The notes below the pieces were generated by a model, which saw nothing but the letters and a program-made list of their open reading frames with translations, did not search any database and was not told where the DNA came from. Both the position numbers and the translations under genes were made by a program. This document shows, piece after piece, positions 15,098 to 27,763 of a stretch of 64,000 nt of DNA (positions are counted from its first letter, which is position 1; the number at the start of each line of letters is the position of its first letter). The DNA is from Eledone cirrhosa (taxonomy: Eukaryota), in contig OZ024752.1 in assembly GCA_964016885.1 (NCBI GenBank), forward strand, positions 24,366,001 through 24,430,000, written 5' to 3'.

Positions 15098-15543
15098 CAT
15101 ATATATTTTTTTTAAATAAGACTCCAGTTGCATTTTCGATTTCATCTCTTTTTCTTTATACTTTCACTCGTGTAGGACACCTCGGTTATTTTTCATTTTG
15201 TAAAAAAAACCTCACTTTCTAATATATATACATATATATACATATACATATACATATATATATACATATATATACATATATATATATATACATATATATA
15301 CATATATATACATATACATATACATATATATATATATACATATATATACATATATATATATATACATATATATACATATATATATACATATATATACATA
15401 TATATATATATATACATATATATACATATATATATATATACATATATATACATATATATATATATATACATATATACATATACATATATATACATATATA
15501 TATATACATATATATATATACATATATACATATATATACATAT

Positions 15544-15586
<43 letters not shown>

Positions 15587-15667
15587 TATATAAATATATA
15601 TATATACATATATATATACATATAGATATATACATATAGATATATACATATAGATATATACATATAG

Positions 15668-15736
<69 letters not shown>

Positions 15737-15893
15737 GATATATACACATATATATATATATATACATATATATTCATATATATATATATACATATATATA
15801 CATATATATATACATATATATACATATACATATATATACATATATATACATATATATACATATATATACATATATATGCATATATATATATAC

Positions 15894-15924
<31 letters not shown>

Positions 15925-16015
15925 CATATATATACATATATATATATATATACATATATATACATATATATAAATATATATATACATATATATCCATATA
16001 CATATATATACATAT

Positions 16016-16095
<80 letters not shown>
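14434..16095. repeat. (TA)n/(TACA) microsatellite field containing a copy of the PLE 3' terminus at 15105-15222
   Basis: Direct reading; 15105-15222 is nearly identical to 13853-13972. Confidence 0.95.
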
Positions 16096-16100
<5 letters not shown>

Positions 16101-18051
16101 GATATTAATAAATGGAAACTATATTTATAAAACCATAGGAATACCAAATTAAATCATGGTATGCCTTCATCAGACAAAATACAATATATAACAGTTTTAC
16201 AAATAAGCTTTGACGTACCCTATTAAAATGCAACCATTTTTTTTGGAAGTCATCCGGATAGTGATTTAATAAGTCATAGTGTTAAGGACAATTAGAAAAA
16301 AAACTTTATTCCTAAATATAAACATAGATATAATAAACTACTTTAAAATGTCTATACTTACAATATCTTAAATAAAATATACGTTGGATAAATTTATATA
16401 CTAAATATAAGAATATCTGTAGAATCCTTGGGTTTTTTAAATCTTTTAAATTTTTGAATTTTAAAAATTTTTTTAATTTTTTTTTTAATTTTTTGAAATT
16501 TTTAGATCTTTAAATTTTTAAATTTTTGAATCATATTGATATAATATTTATTTAACTTTTATTTTATTTTATTTCTATTTATTTTTATTAGTTTTGCTTT
16601 GATTCTGATAGCTTCTCATAATTCTCATAAGTCTACCCTTTCAATATCTTGATTGAAATATAAGTAGGATAATTTTCTATACTAAATATATGAAACATAT
16701 TTTAACTTAAGATACTCTATAGTGTTTTAAAGATATTTAATGCTTTGACATTTCTAGAATTCGTTTGTCCTTTTGACTATACTGATATAGTTGTATTTCC
16801 AAAATATAATCCTTTGGTATTTTAAATTTATATTGGTATAATTATATTTCCAAAGTATAATCCTTAGTAATATATTGATATTTGATTATCTCGATACAAA
16901 AGTATATGTGTGTATTAACATGCATATAAAAGTGTTATAGGTTTTTTATGATTGTATATATGTCTGTGTGTATACATGAGCGATGCCTGATGACGCACGC
17001 AGATATTTATTTATACATATATAGGTGTATATGTATATATGTGTGTGTATGTATATGTGTGGGTAAAAATTATGTTGCATAACCACGCAGTTTGGATTGC
17101 AGAAATGTTAAATGCATGAATGGTAATCATATATATGAAGTCATGAATGTTAATCGTATATATTTATGTGTATATATACTGTGAACTTTTTATAACACAA
17201 GGATTGTATAGCAGTGATTAATAGAAATCGTCTGCGCTTTATATGTCTATATTGTTGACTTGAGTAAATATAATTCCTATTTTCAGGACGTGCGTGTATA
17301 TATATATATATATATTTGTGTGTCTTTGCCTGAGAATTAAACCCAAATTTTGGTATATTGATCTCAAGGTTTAAACTAAACATATAGTCATTATTAAACA
17401 ATGTTTAATTTCTCATATTATATATCTATGTCCCATTCATGAATATTAATATTTATATTTTTATTATTCATTTCATATGAATTGTTAACTCAACTTAACA
17501 TGACATGACGTAAAGTTTTCATAATCTCCCCCTCTCTATATATAACATTTCTCTCTCTTGAGGTTTTCTATCTGTCTGTTGACTTAATATCTCTCTGTTG
17601 CTTTCCTCTGTTTTTCTTATTTCCTCCTTTTTTCTTCTTTCTTCCTTTCCTCCTGTCTTTACTTATCTCTTTCTTTTTTTTCTCAACGTTTTTTCTTTCT
17701 CTCCGTCTTTTTCTTTCTCTCCGTCTTTTTCTAATTGTCCTTAACACTATGATTTATTAAAGTAATATAAACAAATCACTATCCGGATGACATCCAAAAA
17801 CAATGGTTGCATTTTAATAGGGTACGTCAAAGCTTATTTGTAAAACTGTTATATATTGTATTTTGTCTGATGAAGGCATACCATAATTTAATTTGGTATC
17901 CCTGAAATATGTATAATGAAATAAATATGGTTTTATAAATATAGTTTCCATTTATTAATATCGTATATCTACTCCAAATACTTGTCGAGTGCTTTATATC
18001 AGTTATAAAAATATTTACTTGTATCCCAACAATTTTAAATAGAACTTTTGC
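16096..18051. mobile_element. AT-rich unit bounded by inverted repeats of about 200 bp that carry hammerhead cores (PLE-derived, non-autonomous)
   Basis: 16096-16301 is the reverse complement of 17726-17968 apart from indels and a few substitutions; no credible long ORF inside; (TA)n on both sides. Confidence 0.6.
17859..17923 (+). ncRNA. Type I hammerhead ribozyme motif
   Basis: TATTTTGT CTGATGA AGGCATACCA (10-nt loop) TGGTATCCCT GAAA TATGTA TA ATGAAATA: 8-bp stem I with two G-U pairs, long stem II with one mismatch. Confidence 0.75.
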
Positions 18052-18156
18052 ATATATATATATATTTCGTTTCTGAATTTGTTTAGCAAGATTCTTTATC
18101 TGAAATCGTGTGTTGAAACCAATATTGTTATACTTTGGGAGGGTCATGTTGCCAAT

Positions 18157-18213
<57 letters not shown>

Positions 18214-18282
18214 TATATGATATGTGTATATATATATATATATAATATGTGTATATATATATATATACATATATAATATGTG

Positions 18283-18349
<67 letters not shown>

Positions 18350-18433
18350 CATAAATATATAATATGTGTATATATATATATATACATATATATATAATAT
18401 GTGTGTATATATATATATATACATATATATATA

Positions 18434-18617
18434 ATTGTTTCTACTTTTGGCACAGGGCCAGCAATTGCCCAGTACATTACTGGTACTTTATTTTATCGAC
18501 CCCGTAAGGATGAAAGGCAAAGTTAACAACGGCGGGATTTGAACTCAGATCGTAAAGGCCCGTAACTTCATGCTGCAAACCATGGCATCCGACCCTCTAA
18601 CGGTAGTGCCAATTCAC
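18434..18617 (-). mobile_element. SINE family C (GCCTTTCATCCTT..GGGGTCGATAAAATAAAGTACCAG core)
   Basis: Approximate reverse complement of the full copy at 53542-53758; other copies at 39463-39650, 49715-49925, about 34245-34455 and about 57280-57510. Confidence 0.8.
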
Positions 18618-18657
18618 ATATAATATGTGTATATATATATATATACATATATATATA

Positions 18658-18700
<43 letters not shown>

Positions 18701-18789
18701 TATATAATATGTATATATATATATATATATAAATATATATATAATATGTGCATATATATATATATACATATATATATATAATATGTGTA

Positions 18790-18864
<75 letters not shown>

Positions 18865-19556
18865 GTGTATATATATATATATACATATATATATATAATA
18901 TGTGTATATATATATATACATATATAGAGATATATGTGTATATATATACATATATACAATATGTGTATATATATGTATATACATATATATATATACGATA
19001 TGTGTATATATATGTATATACATATATATATATATAATATGTGCATATATATATATATATACATATATATTTGTGTATATATATATACATATATATATAT
19101 ATAATATGTGTATATATATATATATACATATATATATATAATATGTGTATACATATATATATACATATATATATATATAATGTGTATACATATATACATA
19201 TATATATATATATGTGTGTATACATATATATACATATATATAATATGTGTATACATATATACATATATATATATATGTGTGTATACATATATATATACAT
19301 ATATATATATAATATGTGTATACTTATATATATACATATATATATATAATATGTGTATACATATATATATACATATATATATATATAATGTGTGTATACA
19401 TATATATATACACATATATATATAATATGTGTATACATATATATATACACATATATATATAGTATATGTGTGTATATATATATACACATTTTATATAGAT
19501 AATACATGTGTTTACATATATATATATATACATATATATATAATATGTGCATATAC
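18618..19556. repeat. Higher-order microsatellite: AATATGTG motif recurring between variable (TA)n/TACA runs (also 18215-18433)
   Basis: Direct reading. Confidence 0.9.
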
Positions 19557-19950
19557 ATGAGATCGGTGTGGAAGGCGGACCTTCGTAATGACCTTAAGAT
19601 CCGCCTCTTCATTGCTGTAGTGGAGTCTGTGGTGCTGTACGGGTCTGAGACTTGGATACTGACCAAGAAACTCACTCAGTTGTTGGATGGGGTCTACACG
19701 AGAATGCTGAGGATGGCTCTGAACATTAATCAGTATACATTGAGGATGAAAAACTCAGAGCTGCACTCACTGCTCCTGTGGGAGCCCCTACATGGACACA
19801 CTGGAAGAGGAAGACCAAGGTTAACGTATGTTGATTCCTAAGAACAGACACTGGTCTGTTGGAGACGCAGGACATGGCAGCGGTAATGAGGGACAGAAAT
19901 CGCTGGAGAGAACTCGTCCATGGTTCTCGGGAATTTTACCCGCCCTAGAC
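19557..19950 (+). mobile_element. RTE-group LINE 3' fragment
   Basis: [21 protein letters not shown]...RMLRMALNI...LLWEPLHGHTGRGRPRLTYVD. Confidence 0.8.
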
Positions 19951-19956
19951 ATATAT

Positions 19957-20790
19957 CATCACCATCATTTTACGTCTGCTTTTCCCTGTTTGCAAGGGTG
20001 AGGCGGGTCCTATTCAGCACAACATCTCTCCACTTGTCACGGTCCTTCGTCACCTCCTCCGTGAGATTCAGCGATCTGAGGTCTGCTCTCACCACCTCCG
20101 CCCATGTTGATTCGTGATCTACCTTTACTGCGTGTTCCCTCCACTGGGAATTCCTGGCACTTCTTCTCCCATCAGTCATCCACCATGTGCATCACATGTC
20201 CATACCATCTCAGCCTTCTCTCCTGCACACCACAACTTATCCCTCTTATACCCAGTTTCTTTCCCAACTCGTCTATGCTTGGTTGTTCATGTATATTGAC
20301 ATTACACATCCAACAGAGCATACTTGCTTCATTTCTCACCAGCCATCGCATAACTTCTGCAGTTGCTGCCCATGTCTCACTACCATGCAGCATCGTGCAT
20401 CTCACATAGGCATCATATAACCGTCCTTTCGGACGCAGGGAGAAATCCTTCTTTGTCAACAGAGGGAGCAGCTCCCTAAACTTCTTCCAACCCATCCTTA
20501 TTCTAAATACTATGGCCTCGAAACTCCCCCCCCCCCTCCCATGCTAATCTGATCACCTAGGTACTGGAGACTAACAACCACTTGTATAGAACCCACCTGC
20601 ATTTTAAAAATGAGTCTATCACATCGATTACTACTGCCAACTTTCCCTGTACATCTACTGCATACGTAGTTTTCTCTACCTGTTAGTTTGCCTACTATCC
20701 CACTACATCTCTTGTGTACCCAAGATCTGCATTGCGTATATTTTATAGAATTTATGCCAGCTACTTTCCTACGTATCGAACATGGCCATC
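19957..20790 (-). mobile_element. Degraded RTE LINE 3' portion
   Basis: WVHKRCSGI, GWKKFRELLPLL, MLHGSETW, RRLRWYGHV, (GAT)-like tail; frameshifts. Confidence 0.88.
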
Positions 20791-20807
20791 TATATGTGTA
20801 TATATAT

Positions 20808-21154
20808 GGAGGCACATGGCTTAGTGGTTAGAGCATTGGCCTTGCAATCGAAAGGTTGTGAGTTCAATTCTCAGACCGGGTGATGTGTTGTTTCCTTGAG
20901 CAAGACACTTTATTTCACATTGCTCCAGTTTACTCAGCTGTAGAAATGAGATGATAGGGACTGGGGTCCCTATCATTCCACTGCAAAGTGGTCGTGGAGG
21001 TGCCACGGCAAAAAAAAGCACCCAGCACTCACTGTAAATGAGGTTGGTGTTAGGAAGGGCATCCAGCTATAGAAATCAAGCCAGAATCAGTTCCCGTCCC
21101 ACCCTTGCAAGCAGGGAAAAGTGGACGTAAAATGAAATGATGATGATGATGATG

Positions 21155-21155
<1 letters not shown>
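20808..21155 (+). mobile_element. tRNA-derived SINE, family A (RTE-type tail ending (GAT)n)
   Basis: A box TGGCTTAGTGG, B box GTTCAATTC, CORE-like middle, tail matches RTE 3' ends in this window. Confidence 0.9.
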
Positions 21156-21235
<80 letters not shown>

Positions 21236-21238
<3 letters not shown>

Positions 21239-23350
21239 TCATCATCATCATTTTACGTCCGCTTTTCCCTACTTGCAAGGGTGGGACGGGTTTTATTCAG
21301 CACAGCATCTCTCCACCGTGACCTTCAGCGATCTGAGGTCTGTTCTCACCACGTCTTCCTTCAACTGGCATTTCCTGACACTTCTTCACCCATCGGTCAT
21401 CCTCCATGCGCATCACATGTCCATATCACCGCAGTCTCCTCTCTCGCACACTACATTCTATCCCTCTCAGACACAGTTTCTATCTCAACACATCCATGCT
21501 GGGTCGTTCACGCACATTGACATTGCAGATCCAACGGAGCATGCTTGCCTCATTTCTCTCCAGCCGTCGCATATCCTCTGCAGTTGCTGCCCAAGTCTCA
21601 CTACCATGCAGCATCGCGCTCCTCACATAGGCATCATATAACCGGCCTTTCGTATGCAGGGAAAAACCCTTCTTCGCCAGCAGAGGAAGCAGCTCCCTAA
21701 ACTTCTTCCAACCCGTCCTTATTCTAGATACTATGCCCTCGGAACCCCCCCCCCGTCCCATGCTAATCTGATCACCTAGGTACCGGAAGCTATCAACCAC
21801 TTCTATAGCACCCACCTGCATTTGGAAAATGTGTCTATCAATGCGACTTCTACTGTCTAATTTCCCTGTACATCTACTGCATACGTATTTCTCCCTACCT
21901 GTTAGTTTGCCTGCTATCCCACTACATCTCTTGTTCACCCAGTCTCTGCATTGTGTGCATTTTATAGAATTTATGCCAGTTCCTTTTCTGCATATCGAAC
22001 ATGGTCATTTCCCTGACGGAATCAGAGTTTTGTCCTCTGTTCTACTCATCAACACATTTGTCTTAGCTCGGTTCACTCTCAGTCATCTTGCTTCCAACTG
22101 CTGTTTCCATAGCCAGAATTTATTCTCTAGCTCCTCTACTGATTCTGCTATAAGAACCAGATCATCAGCATAGAGAAGTTCCCATGGGCAGACAGTCTTA
22201 AATTCCTCTGTTATGGCTTGGAGGACTATAATGAACAAGAGTGGGCTGAAGACCGAACCCTGATGTACACCTACTTGTATCTGGAATTCCTCACTAAACT
22301 CCATTACTTCTCTCACTTTACTGACAGCACCCCTATACATAGCTTGCACTGTCCTCACAAGCCATTCTTCTACACCTAGTTTCCTTAGGGACCACCAGAT
22401 GACAGATCGGGGTACCCTATCAAAGGCCTTCTCTAGGTCAACAAAAGCTAAGTATAGTGGCTTATTCTTCTCTAAGAACCTCTCTTGTAATTGTCTCACG
22501 AAGAAGAGGGCATCTGTTGTACATTTCCCAGGCATAAAACCAAACTGCATCTCATCTAGTTTGACCCTTTTTCTAATTAGTTGTGTTAATATTCTTTCTG
22601 CCACTTTCATAACCTGATCCATCAGTTTTATACCCTATAATTACTCCTCACCAGATCAGCCCCTTTATCCTTTGTAGCAATTTATGAGAATACTGCTGCA
22701 CCTGTCTTTGGGTATGACACCACCATATATAACTTGATTGACGATGCATGCAATAAATTTAGTACCTACGTCTCCTGATGCCTTCAGCATCTCAGCAACT
22801 ATCGCCGACGGTCCAGTAGCCTTGCCATTCTTCATTTCCTTAATTGCCTCTTGGACCCTATATTCGTCAATCTCAATAGCTGGTCACTCTGTCAGGTCTA
22901 CTGTGGGTAGTTTCTCTCTCCGCCATTCGTTTCCCACATTCATCAGTCTCTCATAATGACATTTCCAGGCCTCCTTTTTCTGATCATTTGTGACACTAAG
23001 TACACCAGCATCATTCCGGACACACCCACCTCCAACAACATCCTGATTTGCACTGACATACTGCCCTGCAATGCGGAACACCGCACGCCTCTGATCTTCC
23101 TGTCGCAGAACATTGGCAAACCTCCTACTCTCAGCCTCCCTGCGTGCTAAGTACACCTGACGTCTAGCTTCTCTCTTAGCGGCTGTATATCCTTCTCTAC
23201 TCCCACCCTTTTTCCAAGCCTTCCATGCTAATCTTTTGTCTCTAATGGTCCTATCTACCGTGCTGTTCCACCACCAGGTCACTCTCTGTCTGGTCGGAGA
23301 TCTGCTCCAGCCACAAGTCTCTTCAGTAGCCTGCAGTAAGTTGTCACGTA
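21236..23350 (-). mobile_element. Degraded RTE LINE (RT with PHD-like insert)
   Basis: [48 protein letters not shown]; (GAT)n tail. Confidence 0.92.
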
Positions 23351-23357
23351 AAAATAT

Positions 23358-23553
23358 TGTTATATTTGGGGAGGGTCATATTGTTATAATATTGCCAGAA
23401 ATAATAATAGAACACACTCACTATTTGGTTTGGGTTGGTTTTCGCTTCTGTATCTTTTAAATCCCTATAGTTAATTTATCTGGAAATCAATGTTTATCAT
23501 TGATTGACCAACGGTTAACAATACAGATATAAATATAAACACCTTGCAAAACA
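23358..23553 (-). mobile_element. 3'-terminal fragment related to the PLE end at 5058-5253
   Basis: Shared TGTTATATTTGGGGAGGGTCATATT...AGAACACACTCACT...GGTTGGTTTTCGCTTCT; AATAT on both sides. Confidence 0.65.
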
Positions 23554-23563
23554 AATATATATT

Positions 23564-23772
23564 TATTAAATAACAGATTAAAGTTTAAGCAAAGAATCGC
23601 TGCTTTCACCCTTAATGGGATCTTGAGTTTCAGAAGATCCCGTTAAGGGTGAAAGTAGCGATTCTTTGCTTAAACTTTAATCTGTTATTTACTAAATATT
23701 TGCTCTAGGGTTCTTATATATTTATCCTTATCGAGCCCTCTTTGGATTTTAGTCTTCACATTTATTATTAAT
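23564..23772 (+). mobile_element. PLE-like 3'-end element forming a 58-bp hairpin
   Basis: Arms 23567-23624 and 23634-23691, 9-nt loop, two G-U pairs; tail shared with the 1437 and 13990 copies. Confidence 0.7.
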
Positions 23773-23783
23773 ATATATATTAT

Positions 23784-24112
23784 GGAGGCACATGGCTTAG
23801 TGGTTAGAGCATTGGCCTTGCAATCGAAAGGTTGAGAGTTCAATTCTCAGACCAGGTGATGTGTTGTTTCCTTTAGCAAGACACTTTATTTCACATTACT
23901 CCAGTTTACTCAGCGGTAGAAATGAGATGATAGGGACCCTGAAAAGTGGTCGTGGAGGTACGACGGCAAAAAAGCACCCAGCACTCACTGTAAATGAGGC
24001 TGGTGTTAGGAAGGGCATCCAGCTGTAGAAATCAAGCCAGAATCAGTTCCCGTCCCACCCTTGCAAGCAGGGAAAAGCGGACGTAAAATGATGATGATGA
24101 TGCTGATGATGA
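23784..24112 (+). mobile_element. SINE family A
   Basis: Near-identical to 20808-21155 with a small internal deletion. Confidence 0.9.
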
Positions 24113-24139
24113 TATATAGCATATTTTCTCACCCCAACA

Positions 24140-24680
24140 TCAGTCTTACACAGTCATATCTATTTTCTGAAATTTTAAAGAACGTTAAATACTTGGACAT
24201 TTCTACCACACCTGTTTCTACCAATATAGATACAGTTACACAGACATACAGTGGTGAGAAACCTTTACCTTGTGAAACATGTACTGAAAAAGGATCATTG
24301 CACAGAAATATTCCTGAATATAGCTGTGAAACTTGTAGGAAAACTTTCTTTATCAGAAGATGAATTATCTACAGACAAACACATACATATTAAAGACAAA
24401 CCCTGTCACTGTGAAATATGTGGGAAACTTTCACTGAGAATACTAAACTTGTTAGGCACTTACGTAGTCACATAGGAGAAAAACCCTGTCACTGTGAAAT
24501 GTGTGGGAAATATTTTGGCAGTAACTGATTTGATTGAACACAAAAGAACACACTGGAGAGAAACCCTTCCATTGTGAAATATGTGGGAAATCCCTTTTCT
24601 CTAACAGTTACTTAGACAAACACTGGAAGGAAACTTTTTAACTGTGAAACATGAGATATCCTTCCTCTTACAAATCTAAA
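24140..24680 (+). pseudogene. C2H2 ZNF pseudogene (+ strand subfamily)
   Basis: NIDTVTQTYSGEKP...PEYSCETCRKTF followed by frameshifted CEICGK fingers with stops. Confidence 0.85.
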
Positions 24681-24799
24681 CGTATTTTCCTCCAATATCA
24701 ACTGTGAATACTTGGCAGTTTGATAGACTCCAAACATTGCTGGACATTTTTACAAATATATTTCCATTTGAAATTAAAATCTCTCTCTGATCTATTCTT

Positions 24800-25250
24800 C
24801 TATCTCTTCTTTGTCCACTTATTCTGAGAGGGTTGTGGAGTCCTCAAACACTCCCTCCAGCTGATCTGCCTGGATCCCCAAGTGAGACAAGCCAAAGCTT
24901 ATGGATGTTATCCAACCATCTTCCTCGGAGTCTACCCCTGGGTCTCTTGCCGCTTGGTTTTGCCCATAAAATCTGTCTGGCGATTATTTCCTGAGACATT
25001 CTAACCACATGTCCATAGTATCGGAGCTATGATCTCTTAATTCGGAGAGATAGCGGCTCTACCTGGAGTGACTCTCTGATCTCTGAGATATGCATTTTAT
25101 CGAGTAATGTTACTCCAAAGACTTTTCAGAGTTAGCCCATTTCAGTCACTTGTATTCACGATCATATTCTTTTGGTCATTACCCAAGTTTCATGACACTA
25201 AGTAAGGGCTGGCATGAATACCGAATTGAAGACAGCGAGTTTGGCACTTA
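24800..25250 (-). mobile_element. Degraded RTE 3' fragment (GAA-tailed family; relatives at about 31690-32545, 34960-35230, 40830-41155, 42720-43140)
   Basis: - strand encodes HETWVMTKRI...YYGHVVRMSQE...GKRPRGR-like motifs with stops. Confidence 0.7.
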
Positions 25251-26591
25251 CACCTTCCTCCCTTCTTCTTCTGATTACTAATGTTTTTGAATTAACTTTA
25301 AATCTATGTCAGAACTTTCAGCCTTTTGTTTGGCCTCTATTTGACAACACCAACATTTCTGATGTAGTATGTTATTGAGCATCCCTCTATCACCCCAGGT
25401 AATGCAAGACAGTTGAGTGTTATTTGGCTGCTATTTCTATCAGGGAGAACAAGCTAAAAGACTACCTCATTGATGCGTAATAATTATTTTACTGGGTGAT
25501 GTTGTTTGTTTTACCATGATGGAGTGAATTATAACGGAAGGTGTTTCTGAAGGTATTAAATTAAGCCAGGCACGGAAACTTTAATTAATCTGTGTAGCAA
25601 TTATCTCATATTAGGGTGAAAGTTAATATTTTGTAGTCTTCTCACCACTATGGCGTCAGACGTGACTGGCATATTGGTGACTCTAGGCTCTTCAACGCTC
25701 GACTTCGATTCTACAGAAGATTCACTGTGACTTTACTTTAACAACAACAACAACAACAACTCTACTAGCTTCCTAGTAAGAGCGATCCCAAAGAAAAGAA
25801 AAAGCGAACTTTGTTTCAAGAAACAATTATTTCTTTCTTTCTCTATTTACAGGCAATGTCCGGACATTTATTCTTTTAGAACTGCATTATATGAAAAAAA
25901 GATTTTTTTATCATTGTGTATATGACTGCATCATTTTCTTTATCATTGTATATATGACTGCACCCACGCATTCTTTGCTGTATTACATGCCTACATATGC
26001 ACACCAACATGTTGTTCTTGGTGTATGATATTCAAACGTCGTAAAATTCTGCGAGATCCCTTCTCACTTTGTGGACACACCAAACATGCTATCGACACTT
26101 TGCAGCTTAATTCACCTGCACCGCAACACGAGAATGCTAATTGCAGCTGAACTCAAACAGTTTCGCATCTCGTTGCACACTCATCGTCCATAACAACCTC
26201 CATCTTGTTACCTTACCCGTCTCACTGGGAAAACAACAAATGGAACTGGACCTGTCAGCATTTCCACCACTTCTGTGGATTCGCCGGAATTATGGAATTT
26301 ACACTGCAACTTCTACCCACCTACAGATTCAACTTGCTTTTTTCTTTTCAAAGCAACCAGCCATTTTTTCCTGGCTGCCTAGCACTTTCGGCAATACATC
26401 TGGGAGGCCGACATTTTCTCGCCTACCCATTATCTTCTTGCCAGCAATGGTAAACTACCATAATAGTTTCATCCACAACTACTGGTAGAACACTTACCAT
26501 TAATATTTAATGCAAGAACTTCGCCCATGTCAGATTTTATACATTTTCTGTTAGACCCTTGGTGGTCACGTATAAACTACAAAACAGCTAG

Positions 26592-27763
26592 TCATTTGAC
26601 ACAGCGGCTCAACACGGCCCTTAGCGCCTCATTTTTTTTCTTGCATGCATTCTTCTGTTCAATTATTTTTTTTAAACGATCAATGGAGACGGTATTTCGT
26701 TTCCCGTTCAAGTCGAGGACGAAATACTTAGGGCATTTCTGTATCACCTTATAGGGCCCGGAATACGGCGGACGAAGTTGCGATGGAATACCGTCATTTC
26801 TAACGAAAACATGCGTCCGTGTATCGATGTCTTTTGGTATGTGTGAAGTAACGTACTGCTGTTTAGGGGCTGAAGGAGACAGATGCGACATCGATGACCG
26901 TAAACGGTGAACATATTTTGTTGGGTCTGGAAGGTCTTGTGGCGAAACAGGAGCGATCATTTGTCCGGGTAGAGTGAGTACGGTGCCCTACACCATTTCA
27001 GCCGGAGAATGTCCGACTCCCTCCTTAACAGTGGAACGAATACCAAGAAGAATGAGTGGGAGGTATTCGAACCAGTTAGTGGAGTTTTCGTAAGCCTTGA
27101 TAGATGATTTTAGCTGGCGGTGTAAGCGTTCTACCATGCCGTTAGCGGCAGGGTGATATGCTGTTGTATGGATGTGTTTGCACCCGAGGAGACGAGTCAG
27201 CTCGGTAAATAGGTGCGAATCGAACTGATATCCTCTATCCGTAGTGATGGTCGCGGGTGTGCCGAAACGTGAAACACTAGCGTTTTTGGCGACAGTTTCC
27301 GCAGTAATATCTGTCAGGGGAAAAGCTTCTGGCCAGCGAGAAAATCGGTCGACACAGGTGAGAAGATGAGTGTAGTTGTGAGAAGGAGTCAAAGATCCAA
27401 CGATGTATATATGCACATGTTGGAACCGTGCATCAGGTGTTGCGAAAGAACCGGTCGGGGCTTTGATGTGCCGGTGAATTTTTTCACCTTCTGGCACGCA
27501 ATACAGTTCCTAGCCCATTCGCGGGTGTTCTTGTTGATGTTGGGCCACACAAAGCGGGCAACCATCAGTTTCTGCGTGGCAAGGACGCCAGGGTGTGCCA
27601 GAGAATGCAGTGCCGAAAAAACGTCGCGTCGATGTTTCCGGGGCACGTTTGGGCGCTCGTGGCCTGTGGAGATATCGCACCAAATATAACCAGAAGAAGA
27701 GGGCAGCGGGCATTCCCGCAATTTCAAGGATGATATCCGGAATTGCAGCGGATCTAGCAGCAT
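26592..27763 (-). pseudogene. Gypsy-type integrase remnant
   Basis: HHCC region (HSLAHPG...CIACQK), core with [31 protein letters not shown], and a GPY motif; frameshifts; first catalytic Asp replaced (HIYIVG). Confidence 0.9.

Noticed and set aside
20808-20880. tRNA genes at SINE heads
   Set aside because: A and B boxes are present, but there is no proper acceptor stem and each head runs into a SINE body.
23628-23665. Functional hammerhead CAGAAGA TCCC..GGGT GAAA GTAGC
   Set aside because: U4 and U16.1 are not conserved and stem I does not pair, so it is at most a relic.
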